From: Candidatus Hadarchaeota archaeon
Lineage (GTDB): Archaea; CAYQAE01; CAYVLA01
Reading direction: 5' to 3'
Length of the DNA stretch: 64,000 nt
Assembly: GCA_964621445.1 (NCBI GenBank)
Contig: CAZUNO010000009.1
Span: 1 to 64,000, forward strand
In this document: in pieces, positions 39,839 through 49,935 of the stretch
Numbering within the stretch: position 1 is the first letter of the stretch
Layout of the letters: every line of letters begins with the position of its first letter
Translations under genes and position numbers: made by a program
The notes under the pieces: generated by a model
Told to the model about the DNA's origin: nothing
Databases searched by the model: none
Seen by the model: the letters and a program-made list of their open reading frames with translations, nothing else

Positions 39839-39855
39839 TATAAATAAGTTTTTCG
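39839..39855 (-). promoter_or_regulatory. BRE-TATA promoter for the structured RNA/DUF167
   Basis: The - strand reads CGAAAAACTTATTTATA, ending 20 nt before the 5' end of the stem. Confidence 0.75.
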
Positions 39856-39968
39856 TACGGATAAAAACCGCGCCTTCGCGAAATCCATGAAACAGGCCTT
39901 GAGGAAATTCCGAGGACCGGCATTCAAATCGGGAGATATATATCAGAAATGCCCTTAGTAGAGTTCCA

Positions 39969-40556
39969 GTGTTAACAAAATCGGTTATCAGGCGAAAGCT
40001 GGTACTGCTAGCCCTGGGAATCTACATGATTGGATTCGCCCTCGGAGTGGCGATGAAGCTCAACTATCCTGAAGCCGCCGGAATGATAGAGGACCAGATT
40101 TCAAGGATATCGGCCCAGTTCGAGGATATTGAGAGCCCGGTTAGGATCTACTCCAAGATACTTCTGCATAATCTGGCCGTTTGCGCCATAATGTCCTTTG
40201 CCGGCATAATATTCGCCCTTCCGCCCCTCTTCATTCTATTCATAAACGGTATTCCCCTTGGAATCGTTCTCTCCGGGTCGGACAAACCCTTATGGGTATT
40301 TCTCACCGCCATACTACCTCACGGGGTATTTGAGCTATCGGCCACCTTCATTGCCGGTGCTTTGGGAATCCTATTGGGGGTCGACGCCTTCCAGCTGATT
40401 CAGAACTGGATGAAGGGAGAAGGAGAAGCCTCCACGAGGATACTTCTCTCCGACCTCAGGAAGATACTCAAGGCATTTGCCCTGGTAATAATCCTTCTGG
40501 CCGTTGCCGCCGGTGTTGAAACCTTTCTCTTCTTCTTTTATCGGGCCAGCGCGTAG
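39969..40556 (+). CDS. SpoIIM family membrane protein
   Basis: ILLHNL, LFINGIPLG, ILPHGVFEL, AAGVET. Confidence 0.88.
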   Translation: MLTKSVIRRKLVLLALGIYMIGFALGVAMKLNYPEAAGMIEDQISRISAQFEDIESPVRIYSKILLHNLAVCAIMSFAGIIFALPPLFILFINGIPLGIVLSGSDKPLWVFLTAILPHGVFELSATFIAGALGILLGVDAFQLIQNWMKGEGEASTRILLSDLRKILKAFALVIILLAVAAGVETFLFFFYRASA

Positions 40557-40862
40557 TCACATTAGCCAGGTGAAGTGAAACTTTATTTCACAGTTGGGGC
40601 AGGTATAGAAACCTCCCTCATACCTTACCTTCCGGTGTCCGCAGTTGGGGCAGAATCTTACCATTATCTTGAGGTCCGCATCCCTCACATACCAGCCTGA
40701 ACCGACCCTGAAGAAAAGGTCCTCTTCCTTGAGTACTTCCCTTAGTTCAGACGTCCTGTCCGACTTCAAGCCGATGGCTTTTCTGAGATCCCCAAGACGC
40801 ACCGGGTTCCTCTTTCTCCTGATGTAGGTCTCTGCCCTTTTCTTCAGACTATCTTTCTTCAC
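40557..40862 (-). CDS. Small basic protein with C-terminal zinc ribbon
   Basis: CPNCG...CPNC; HTH-like N-terminus. Confidence 0.7.
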   Translation of the reverse strand: MKKDSLKKRAETYIRRKRNPVRLGDLRKAIGLKSDRTSELREVLKEEDLFFRVGSGWYVRDADLKIMVRFCPNCGHRKVRYEGGFYTCPNCEIKFHFTWLM

Positions 40863-40904
40863 GGAAATAGATGTAATGGACCCCTTATATCTTGATCGAA
40901 AATG

Positions 40905-40932
40905 AAAAAAACCAGGGCGGGTTACCGCCCTG
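40905..40932 (-). terminator. Hairpin plus U-tract terminator after the BMP gene
   Basis: The - strand reads CAGGGCGG-TAAC-CCGCCCTG-G-TTTTTTT. Confidence 0.75.
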
Positions 40933-40955
40933 AATGGTTGCTTTTAGTGCAGAGT

Positions 40956-42245
40956 TCACTCTAGACTTCCGACCACGTTGTCAGCGAGCCAATCTAGAGA
41001 CCAAAGGGTCTGGATGCTAGCTCTCTTTCCTTCCTCTATCTTTAACTCGCCATTCTGGTCATAGATGGGACCGGTGAATGGATCGAAGCCGACGTTGACG
41101 TCCTTCATCTGCTCAACCCTCTTCATGACCAGGTCATAGACGCTGATCTCGCCCAAAACCTCGTCATTCACCGTCACCGCCTTGAGGGCAGACTCGAACT
41201 TAGGATTGATGGGAGTGCCAAATTCTGCTCCCAGTTCGACTCCTCCCTCTGCCAGGAGCCAGTTATAGTCCCTAGCATCCCACGTATCGGTGTACAACCT
41301 CATGATGATCTGTTCGTACAATCTCTCCCAGTGTACCAGCTGACCGCTAACACACGAGTCTTCCCCGTACTCCTGCATCGGACTATAGTGGCTGAACGAG
41401 TATATCGTATTGCCAGAATCCGTGTTCTGTTCCGCAATCTGTACTATGGTTGGAGAATCCTCGGTGAAGGCGAACACGTCACACCCCTCGGCGATCAGAG
41501 CATTGGCGGCCTCGGTGGCCTTATCCGGATTGTACCAGTCCTTTATCCACCTTACATGGACATCAGCCTCGGGGTTTACCTCCTTTGCTCCGATGGCAAA
41601 CGCATTGATGTGTCGCTTGACCTCGGGTATCGGGAAGGCGCCCACATACGCCAATTTATTGCTCTCAGTGAGCGCTCCTGCCATCAGCCCATTCAGGTAG
41701 TAAAGCTGGTAGAAATCGGCAAAGTAGGTACCCAGATTCTCCCTGCGCTCATACCCGGAGCAGTGCATCAGTAGTTTATCAGGGTTATTTTCGGCGTATT
41801 CCACGGTGGGGACCATGAAATCGAAGCTCGTGGTGAACACCATGTCGCATTTCTCCTCATCGAAGAGTCGCCGTATTGCATCAAGGCAGTCAGCCTTGGC
41901 AACGTCCTCAACATACACAGTTTCCAGCCACGGGAACTTGTCCTCAACATGGAGACGCCCTTGCTCGTGGGCATGGGACCATCCGTAGTCTCCGATCGGC
42001 CCCACATAGATGAAGCCAACCTTGAGCTTTGCCGATTCCTTTAGAATATCGGGCGAAACTTCCGATATGGCATCCTTGATATCCTGTTCACCGGCCGTTT
42101 CCAGATATTGCTCGACATCGCTTTGGGTTACGTTCTCTGCACCCTTTCCAGGGGCCATGTAGTAGGCCACCCCGGCCGCAATTACTGCAACCACGATGGC
42201 CACTACCACATACCCAACATAATTTGTAGATTCAGAAGATTCCAC
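40956..42245 (-). CDS. BMP family ABC substrate-binding protein (nucleoside/purine type)
   Basis: N-terminal TM anchor; KVGFIYVGPIGDYGWSHAH, FPIPEV.RHINAF. Confidence 0.92.
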   Translation of the reverse strand: MESSESTNYVGYVVVAIVVAVIAAGVAYYMAPGKGAENVTQSDVEQYLETAGEQDIKDAISEVSPDILKESAKLKVGFIYVGPIGDYGWSHAHEQGRLHVEDKFPWLETVYVEDVAKADCLDAIRRLFDEEKCDMVFTTSFDFMVPTVEYAENNPDKLLMHCSGYERRENLGTYFADFYQLYYLNGLMAGALTESNKLAYVGAFPIPEVKRHINAFAIGAKEVNPEADVHVRWIKDWYNPDKATEAANALIAEGCDVFAFTEDSPTIVQIAEQNTDSGNTIYSFSHYSPMQEYGEDSCVSGQLVHWERLYEQIIMRLYTDTWDARDYNWLLAEGGVELGAEFGTPINPKFESALKAVTVNDEVLGEISVYDLVMKRVEQMKDVNVGFDPFTGPIYDQNGELKIEEGKRASIQTLWSLDWLADNVVGSLE

Positions 42246-42330
42246 TCGGCCCTCTCCTATGGCGCTGTTCAGCGCCCAATTTGGACCAAACCCTTGTCAT
42301 TGAAATAGATTTTGCCGCTTTCGGATCCCT

Positions 42331-43260
42331 TCACTGTTCCTCCCGGGAATAGGAAGTGGATAAAGCCCCAGGGGCACCCATCCGCTTTCTTATGGACTCC
42401 TTGGATATGATAACCAGGGTTATCATAGTCACCAGGTAAGGTAAGGCCTGGAGAAGGCTGGTGTGCACTCCAAGGGGCTGAAGTTTGTAGGGAAGGACGA
42501 AGAGAAGCCCGAACATGTAGGAAGCGGCTATTGCCCTCAGTGGTCGCCAAAATGCGAAGATGGTTAGCGCTATCACAATCCACCCCCTCCCACCGCTCAT
42601 CCCCTGAGTCCAGGAGGGCACGTAGGCCAGGGAGAGGTAGGCACCCGCCAGTCCGGCCAAAAGTCCGCCTATGTATACGCTTAGATGTCGAACCCTGTAT
42701 ACGTTGATCCCTGAAACGTCTGCCGCGGCGGGATTCTCCCCACATGATCTGATATTTAGACCCAATCTGGTTCGAAAGAGGACAAACCACCCCAGCACTG
42801 CAATAATTAGCGAGAGGTAGACCAAGGGATCCTGGTTAAATAGAATCTTGCCCAGTATGGGTATCCTGGAAAGTAGGGGTATCTCCAAGGGGTCCAGGGT
42901 AGCCCCCGGGGGTTTTCCAACATAGCTCTTGCCAAGCAGGCCACTGATGCCTAGGCCCAGCATGGTCAACGCCAGGCCGGATACAACTTGATTTGCCCTA
43001 AGGTTTACAGTGGCCACGCTGTGAACGAGGGAAAGGGCGCCACCAGCGAGTGCTGCAGCGATTAGTCCTAGCCATGGATTTCCAGTGGACAGACATACCC
43101 CAAAAGCAACTACCGCACCCATGCTCATCATGCCCTCAACGCCCAGGTTCAATATTCCCGATCTCTCGGCATAAATCTCCCCTAGCGTCCCCAGAAGCAA
43201 AGGAGTGCCGTAGATGATCATTCTTCGGAGAGTGAATATGGCCTCCTCTTCGAAAGTCAA
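42331..43260 (-). CDS. Nucleoside-type ABC transporter permease
   Basis: ERSGILNLGVEG, GENPAAAD..GI, GRGWIVIAL. Confidence 0.92.
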   Translation of the reverse strand: MTFEEEAIFTLRRMIIYGTPLLLGTLGEIYAERSGILNLGVEGMMSMGAVVAFGVCLSTGNPWLGLIAAALAGGALSLVHSVATVNLRANQVVSGLALTMLGLGISGLLGKSYVGKPPGATLDPLEIPLLSRIPILGKILFNQDPLVYLSLIIAVLGWFVLFRTRLGLNIRSCGENPAAADVSGINVYRVRHLSVYIGGLLAGLAGAYLSLAYVPSWTQGMSGGRGWIVIALTIFAFWRPLRAIAASYMFGLLFVLPYKLQPLGVHTSLLQALPYLVTMITLVIISKESIRKRMGAPGALSTSYSREEQ

Positions 43261-44348
43261 CCTCTCCCCTCCCTTTCGATCTTGATCTCGTACTTCCTGA
43301 GAATCTCCGTTGAAACCAAAAGTAGAAGTATCAGCCCCATGAATATGTCTATTGACGCCGCCGGGACTCCTCCCGTCCTAACCGCATTACCCCCTACCAG
43401 CAGGCCGGAAACAAATATGGAGGACACCACCACACCGAGCGGATTAAGCCTGGCCAGCCAGGCCACTATAATGGCCGTAAAACCATACCCGGCAGAGATA
43501 TCCAGGGGGTAAGAAAGCTTTCCGTGAACTCCGGCGACCTCTCCCACCCCCGCCAGTCCCGCGAGGCCACCGCTAATCAGCCCGATAATGATCAGGGTCT
43601 TGGCATAGCTGATGCCAGCGTATTTACCGGCCTTTGGATTCTCCCCTGTAACCTTGATCTCATAACCCGACCTCGTCCTGGATAGGAAGAAGTAGAGACC
43701 CAGCGAGGCAACGATGGCCATAATCAGTGTTGGATAGGCGATCCTGGTTCCTGGAAGAAGAGGAACCCTAGCCGCCTGTACAAAGGGGTCCGTGTAGGGG
43801 TAGCCGTGTTGGGTTGGGCCCTTCCAGGGACCGTCCACCAGATAGGTCACGAAGTATATGGCCACATAATTGAGCATGAGAGTGGTGATAACCTCGTTAA
43901 CCTTCAACTTGGCCCTGAGCAGGGCGGGTATCATACACCACGCGGCACCGAGCAGGGACCCCAGGGCAAACATTGCAGGGAGCAGGACCCAGGACGGCGT
44001 CTCCTGAAAAGACAAAGCCAGCCAGGTGGCACCCGCGGCACCCGCGAGTATCTGACCCTCGGCCCCGATATTCCAGAACACGGCGCGAAAGGCGATGGCC
44101 AGGCCTGCCCCACATAGCATCAGGGGGATGGCCTTCCTCATTATCTCCTTCCAACCACTCAGGCTACCGAAGGACCCTAGCAGAATCCTCTCGTAGGCAA
44201 AGATGGGGCTGACCCCTATCAGGGAGAAGAAGAGCCCGCCCAGTATTATGCCCAATATGATCATGGAAACGGTAACCAGGAACCCCTTGCTACCTAGTTC
44301 CTCTTTCCGTCTCCTTATTCTAATCCTGGGAAGCCAACCCATAACCAT
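43257..44348 (-). CDS. Nucleoside-type ABC transporter permease
   Basis: WNIGAEGQ, NEVITTLMLNY, GENPKAGKYAGI, GYGFTAIIVAWL. Confidence 0.92.
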   Translation of the reverse strand: MVMGWLPRIRIRRRKEELGSKGFLVTVSMIILGIILGGLFFSLIGVSPIFAYERILLGSFGSLSGWKEIMRKAIPLMLCGAGLAIAFRAVFWNIGAEGQILAGAAGATWLALSFQETPSWVLLPAMFALGSLLGAAWCMIPALLRAKLKVNEVITTLMLNYVAIYFVTYLVDGPWKGPTQHGYPYTDPFVQAARVPLLPGTRIAYPTLIMAIVASLGLYFFLSRTRSGYEIKVTGENPKAGKYAGISYAKTLIIIGLISGGLAGLAGVGEVAGVHGKLSYPLDISAGYGFTAIIVAWLARLNPLGVVVSSIFVSGLLVGGNAVRTGGVPAASIDIFMGLILLLLVSTEILRKYEIKIEREGRG

Positions 44349-45871
44349 TATGAAAGAGCACCTCCCATCAACATGCCCACCCTCTCCCTGGTTGCCCCAT
44401 CTCTATCCAGTATCTCCACTATTTGCCCGTCGGAGATTACCGCTATCCTGTCACTCAGCGTGAATATCTCATCGAGGTCCTCCGAATCCAGGAACACCGA
44501 TGCCCCTCTACCTGCCTCGTTCAGAAGCCGCTTCCTGATATCGCTGGCCGCCTTGACATCCAAACCGGAGGTAGGATGGGAGGCGATTATCAACCTAGGT
44601 TCTCTCGAGGTCTCCCTAGCCAGTATCAATCGTTGGATATTCCCCCCGGACAATTTCTTCACCGGCGTACCCGTGGAGGGAGTAAAAATGGAATATTCAT
44701 CGATCATCTCCCTTGCAAAGTCCTCGATCTCCTCTCGGTTGAGCATGATCCCGCTGGAGAAAGGTTCTTGCCAGTACTTCCTTAGGACAAGATTTTCAGC
44801 GACGCTCATCCCCTCCACCACGCCGAACTCAACCCTGTCCTCTGGTATGTAGGCAACTCCCAGCGATACGATACGCCTGGGATTAGCGTTGGTTACATCC
44901 TGGCCATCGATCACTACAGTTCCAGAAACCGAGGGCCGGAGGCCGGTTATTGCCTCCACCAGCTCCCTCTGACCGTTCCCTGCTACTCCAGCTACACCCA
45001 GTATTTCGCCCGCGTGAACCTCGAATGAAACGTCACTGACGGCCTCATACCCGCGGTCCCCCAAAACCGAGAAGTTTTCCACCTTCATAACCTCCTTGGC
45101 CTCAACGGTTCCCATTCTCTTGGCCGGCTGCGAGAGGTGTTCACCGACCATCATCCTGGCCAGCTCCTCCCTGCTGGTTTCCTCTATATCCTTGGAGCCG
45201 ACCAGCTTTCCGTTCCTGAGTACGGTTACCCAGTCGGCGACGGACATGACCTCGTTCAGCTTGTGGGTAATGAATATCAGAGCTTTACCCCTCTCGGCCA
45301 TTAGCCTGAGAGCCGAGAACAGGTCCCTGGACTCGATGGGTGTCAGAACCGAGGTCGGCTCGTCCAGTATTATCATTCTGGCCCCTGAAAATAGAGCCTT
45401 TAGTATCTCTATGGTCTTCTTCTCTCCCGCCGATAACTGCCATACCTCGGCCTCGGGATCCACTTTGAGACCGTAGACATCGGAGTATTTATCCACCCAA
45501 TCCTTTACCTGATCCTCCGGGAAGAGCAGGCTGCCTTCAGGGAGCCCCAACGAAATGTTTTCTGCAACCGAACTAGGATTTACCAACATGAAGTGTTGGT
45601 GAACCATCCCAACACCCAGGTCCCTGGCATCCATTGGGGACCGTATATTGACCTTTTCCCCCTGGATGCGTATCTCGCCCGAATCCTGGCGGTAAATGCC
45701 GTATAATATATTCACCAGCGTGGTCTTTCCCGCCCCGTTCTCCCCCAGAAGAGCATGAATCTCCCCGGCCTTCACGGTGAGGTCTATGCCATCGTTGGCC
45801 ACCACCCCAGGGAAGCTCTTGGTAATTCCCTTGGCCTCCAATACGATATCGCCATTTTCAGGCTGAGGCAA
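44348..45871 (-). CDS. Nucleoside-type ABC transporter ATP-binding protein (two NBDs)
   Basis: GENGAGKTT, LDEPT, ITHKL, GVAGNGQ, LSGGNIQ. TTG start at 45871 is inferred from family length. Confidence 0.92.
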   Translation of the reverse strand: MPQPENGDIVLEAKGITKSFPGVVANDGIDLTVKAGEIHALLGENGAGKTTLVNILYGIYRQDSGEIRIQGEKVNIRSPMDARDLGVGMVHQHFMLVNPSSVAENISLGLPEGSLLFPEDQVKDWVDKYSDVYGLKVDPEAEVWQLSAGEKKTIEILKALFSGARMIILDEPTSVLTPIESRDLFSALRLMAERGKALIFITHKLNEVMSVADWVTVLRNGKLVGSKDIEETSREELARMMVGEHLSQPAKRMGTVEAKEVMKVENFSVLGDRGYEAVSDVSFEVHAGEILGVAGVAGNGQRELVEAITGLRPSVSGTVVIDGQDVTNANPRRIVSLGVAYIPEDRVEFGVVEGMSVAENLVLRKYWQEPFSSGIMLNREEIEDFAREMIDEYSIFTPSTGTPVKKLSGGNIQRLILARETSREPRLIIASHPTSGLDVKAASDIRKRLLNEAGRGASVFLDSEDLDEIFTLSDRIAVISDGQIVEILDRDGATRERVGMLMGGALS

Positions 45872-46054
45872 CGAAAGAGATGTTCCCGTCCTCTCCCCAC
45901 TGAGAACTCTCAGAAAGGACCTCGCCTGGGACCCAAATGACGACAGGGAACCTTGTCCGGGGATACTCCCACCTGGACTGGGCCTCTCGGAGATGGGATA
46001 AAAGACTTTTCTAGATTTGGAAGTGCCGCCCGCACAGACCCCGAGGCATATCAA

Positions 46055-49000
46055 TCAGGACCCGCTCTTGAGCTGTTCCCGGGCCAAAAATGTGGCCGAT
46101 AACGAGATTATCCAGAGCCCCAGGCCCAGCAATCCATTCTCAGTTATTTGGAATCCCCTGAAATCCCTTCGGTATTGAAGATCTGTGTCAGCGTCAAAGA
46201 TACCGTTCGAATTGGTATCCAGGACGATGTCATAGGAACCGAGCTCCAGCCGGTTTTCCCAAACCGGATAGGTGGAAGAACCGGACGGAGCCACTATTTC
46301 ATCATAGCCATCGGTGGAAATGTCCACCAGCGGTTCACCACTCCTCGCTTTCCCGTCTCTAACCACGCGAAACCGGAGCGAATAGTCCCTGGGGGATACC
46401 ACCGTAACGTAAACGGTATCGGTGATGGAGTAATCGACCTTCTCCCCGCCCCGCTCATCCGATGCAAAAAATCGGATATCGGGGGTTGCCGCTAGGGAGA
46501 TGGCAAGTGACTCGTTAACGCTAACCCACCTTTCCAACCGTTGATAGCCGGTCTTGTTAATCGATACCCGCCATTCTCCCTCCTCAAGCCATATATCCAA
46601 CGGGAATTCCTCTACCAGGTATTCTTCTCGACCCACACAAACCGAGAGGTCGGCCAGGGGAACTAGATTGACAGCGTCCCTAACAACGATCGATACCTGG
46701 TGCATCTCCTTCTGGCTGCTTATACCGGCGGTTGTATTTTGGGAACTGGAATCTCCGTCATCATCCATAACCTCCAACATAATCTCATATTTTCCGGGCC
46801 CGGAATATGTATGATTGACCACCATTCCGGTCCCCGTCGTACCGTCCCCGAAGGCCCAGCGGTAGGTAACCACCCTGCCGTCCACGTCATAGGACCATGA
46901 CCCGTCAAAGGTCACCGGTTCTCCCACAGAGCCCGAGTAGGGTCCGTGTGGATCGGCTCTCGGCAGGCGGTTCGAAGGCCTGATCTCTATGAAACCATTC
47001 TGGACATGATTATCCCGGGGATCTCTTTCCCAGGCAAGTACCTCTGCTCTGGCAGCTATGGTCCTCTCACCCATACTGGCTTCCGAGGTATCCCAAGTAA
47101 ATTCATAAATTCTCTCGGTTCCCGAATCCAGCTCCGCCTCGAATGAGCCCACAACCTCCTCTCCCCATTCAATCCAAATTGACATATTCTGATCCGTTGA
47201 CCCCTTGTTCTCGATACCAATGCTGATCTCCACGTCCTTTCCCCTGTGAACGCTTCTGGTTCCCGGGAGAACAGAATTTACCCTTATATCAGGCGCTGCC
47301 TCAACCTCCACCAATCCCCACTCCAGGTAATTATCTCCAACTGAGGTTTCTCCCTCCAGAGGTTCAAGAACCAGGCAGAGCATCGCTTTTCCTGCCTCGA
47401 TGTCCGATGTGTTCCACATAAAACTGGTATTCACCGTGGACCCGGAAGATATGGAGAAAATCTTCTCGGTATCTCTGCTGGAATTAAATTCGAGGGCCAG
47501 AACTCCCTGTTGAGTCGAGCCTCCATAATTCTTGATTTTGACCCAAACGTCAACCCTCTGCCCCTGAACTGGAGAATCGTTGGAGATGGTTACCTCTAGA
47601 ATTCCTAGGTCCGGCCTCGGAAGCACCTCAAAGCTGGATTGGCTCTCCGTATCCGTTCCGTCCGCCATCCCATTCCTATTGAGGTCCAACCAGGCCCTGT
47701 AAAGGCCCTCTTCGCCTATATCTCCCACTGGCGTGCAGGAAATACGCCCTTCCCCGTCCGCAGTTATCTCCTTCTCCAGGGAGGCAAGGGTTGGGTCCAT
47801 ATCCTGATCGGAATGCCCGATATAGGCGTCAAAGGTGATGTTTGACGGGAAGCCGCTGCCGGAGATATGTATGGTGTCCCCTGGAAAGAAGTGATCTCTC
47901 TCGCGGCCTAACTCGTCACAGAAGTCAAGCTTCATCTCAGGAGGATCGTCTCCCAGCCAGAAATAGACGTAACAGGATGGCGGCCCGGTGTAGTCCCCTC
48001 TCACCTGGGCACCCACGACATGGTAACAACCGCTTCCCTGGCCCTGAGGCAGGAACTGTATGTCGAATTCTCCTTCAGACGACACCTCGCCGGCCTTTAC
48101 AAACAGGTCATCCCAGATTATCTTTACGCTGGCGTTGGGTGGAAATCCCTGACCCACGACATTTACCGTTGAACCCGGCAAAGCGTTTTCCGGTTCCAGA
48201 TACATCTCCATCGGCCATTGGGAAACTTCAAATGTCCGATTTACGTGATCCAAGCCCGGGAACCCGGTAGATATGCTTAGCTCATGAGCTCCCAGGTCGA
48301 TGGTCCTATTCAATTGATAATCCATCTGGAAGCAACCCTCAACATCTATCACTCCACCTCCGACCTTCACCCCGTCCACCAGTGCAAAATACACCGATTC
48401 CGGGGGGTAATTACAGCCAATTACGGTTATCAACCCTCCCGGGTACTGATGGTCGGAAACTACTCCCGTTTCTGCCCTCCACTGGGTTATGTTTAGTCTG
48501 TAATTTCTAGTCGGGGGTCCCGAATAACCATCGACGGTAAAGGTCAAATCATGGAGACCTAATGCAATATCCCTTGATAGAACAATGGATATGGTAAAGT
48601 TACCATCCCCGCTGGTAATTCCGGAAAATCTCTTTGAGGAATCCATATAGACCTCGAAGTCCGCTGCGGGTGGGAACTGGCTTCCGGTTAAGGTCAGATT
48701 GGAGCCTGGATGAATATCGGATGGCCGGATATCTACCAATAGGGGCCATTGGGTTAGATTGAAGGAGAGTTCCGCCTTGGGAGGACCTGTGAACTGGGGT
48801 GTCACCCCTGAGATCGTATGTTCCCCCAGAGTGGCGTTATTCCTGAACTCATGGACAAAGCTGAACCTCCCACGAGAACTCGTGTTCCCTGATCCTATTT
48901 CCTCATTATCAAGGCTGACCACAAACCGGGTATTAGGAGGGAAGAATCTGCCTTTCACGGTGACGTTGCTGCCGGGGTGTCGATGAATTGGCTCCAGGGT

Positions 49001-49858
49001 GATCTCACAGGGCCATTGAATTACCTCAAAATCAATGTAGGTCCTCGGGGGACCGGTGTATTTCGTTGCGGTAATCTCCAGGACATGATTTCCCGTGGAT
49101 ATGTGTGGCGAAATCTGATAATTCCTGGAGAATTCTCCCCGTGCATCGGACGTGCCCACCCGAACCGAAGCTCCGTCGAGCAATATCTCGTATCTCGATA
49201 GGGGAGGTAGATGGGATCCGGATATGGACACGAAGGCGCCTGGATATGGGTCTGAGGGGTCAATTACCAATTCCGGCTCCCACTGGTCTACCTTTAGCAC
49301 CTCAGCTGCCGATGGGGGACCCGCAAACATGGGAGCCTTTCCAGTGACCTCGCAATCGCCAACCAGCATTTGTTTTGGTACCGAGTAAAGACGGCAAAAG
49401 GTACCATTCTCATCGGTAGCACCCTCTAGAGTGGCGTTACCACAGATATCCACTCTATAGAAAGCATTCGGCGGGTAGCCCCGTCCGCAGATCGTCAGGT
49501 CCTGGCCTGGTTTGAGAATACTTGGGCTCAGATTCATCGCCGCGGGCCATTGAACGACCCGTATCTCCGTTGAGGCGTTTATTGACCCCGAAACGGCCGT
49601 GAGGTTGTGCAATCCTATTGTTGTCTGCCTGGGAAGGGTCATCTTTCGGTGAAATGTACCGCCAGGATAGCTAGTGTCGCTAGCCACGCTCTCATTATCT
49701 ATGAAAATCTCGAAATCTGCTGAGCCGGGAAACCCGGAACCGCTCACGGTAATCCTCGTACCCGGATGTGGTGATTCCTCCTCGACCACCACCGTGGGAG
49801 ATGCTAGTACCCCACAAATAGCGGAAATCATGCATAGGAAGACCGGGATGGCGATCAT
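46055..49858 (-). CDS. Large surface protein: tandem Ig-like repeats, two CARDB-like domains, PKD domain, C-terminal TM
   Basis: Signal peptide; ~90-aa repeats (PG..I.V.G..FP); PDL/PDI CARDB starts; FDGSWSYD.DG...Y.WAFGDG PKD motif; C-terminal hydrophobic helix. Confidence 0.85.
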   Translation of the reverse strand: MIAIPVFLCMISAICGVLASPTVVVEEESPHPGTRITVSGSGFPGSADFEIFIDNESVASDTSYPGGTFHRKMTLPRQTTIGLHNLTAVSGSINASTEIRVVQWPAAMNLSPSILKPGQDLTICGRGYPPNAFYRVDICGNATLEGATDENGTFCRLYSVPKQMLVGDCEVTGKAPMFAGPPSAAEVLKVDQWEPELVIDPSDPYPGAFVSISGSHLPPLSRYEILLDGASVRVGTSDARGEFSRNYQISPHISTGNHVLEITATKYTGPPRTYIDFEVIQWPCEITLEPIHRHPGSNVTVKGRFFPPNTRFVVSLDNEEIGSGNTSSRGRFSFVHEFRNNATLGEHTISGVTPQFTGPPKAELSFNLTQWPLLVDIRPSDIHPGSNLTLTGSQFPPAADFEVYMDSSKRFSGITSGDGNFTISIVLSRDIALGLHDLTFTVDGYSGPPTRNYRLNITQWRAETGVVSDHQYPGGLITVIGCNYPPESVYFALVDGVKVGGGVIDVEGCFQMDYQLNRTIDLGAHELSISTGFPGLDHVNRTFEVSQWPMEMYLEPENALPGSTVNVVGQGFPPNASVKIIWDDLFVKAGEVSSEGEFDIQFLPQGQGSGCYHVVGAQVRGDYTGPPSCYVYFWLGDDPPEMKLDFCDELGRERDHFFPGDTIHISGSGFPSNITFDAYIGHSDQDMDPTLASLEKEITADGEGRISCTPVGDIGEEGLYRAWLDLNRNGMADGTDTESQSSFEVLPRPDLGILEVTISNDSPVQGQRVDVWVKIKNYGGSTQQGVLALEFNSSRDTEKIFSISSGSTVNTSFMWNTSDIEAGKAMLCLVLEPLEGETSVGDNYLEWGLVEVEAAPDIRVNSVLPGTRSVHRGKDVEISIGIENKGSTDQNMSIWIEWGEEVVGSFEAELDSGTERIYEFTWDTSEASMGERTIAARAEVLAWERDPRDNHVQNGFIEIRPSNRLPRADPHGPYSGSVGEPVTFDGSWSYDVDGRVVTYRWAFGDGTTGTGMVVNHTYSGPGKYEIMLEVMDDDGDSSSQNTTAGISSQKEMHQVSIVVRDAVNLVPLADLSVCVGREEYLVEEFPLDIWLEEGEWRVSINKTGYQRLERWVSVNESLAISLAATPDIRFFASDERGGEKVDYSITDTVYVTVVSPRDYSLRFRVVRDGKARSGEPLVDISTDGYDEIVAPSGSSTYPVWENRLELGSYDIVLDTNSNGIFDADTDLQYRRDFRGFQITENGLLGLGLWIISLSATFLAREQLKSGS

Positions 49859-49935
49859 CTTATTCCTTATGCCAAACACCCCGACAGTAACTCCGCGATT
49901 CAGATAAGTATGTTTCGAAACCCAATGCGTCAAGT

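Noticed and set aside
46055-49858. DGR target or DNA-level repeat array in the large surface protein
   Set aside because: The repeats are diverged at the protein level only; no reverse transcriptase or template/variable repeat pair was seen.
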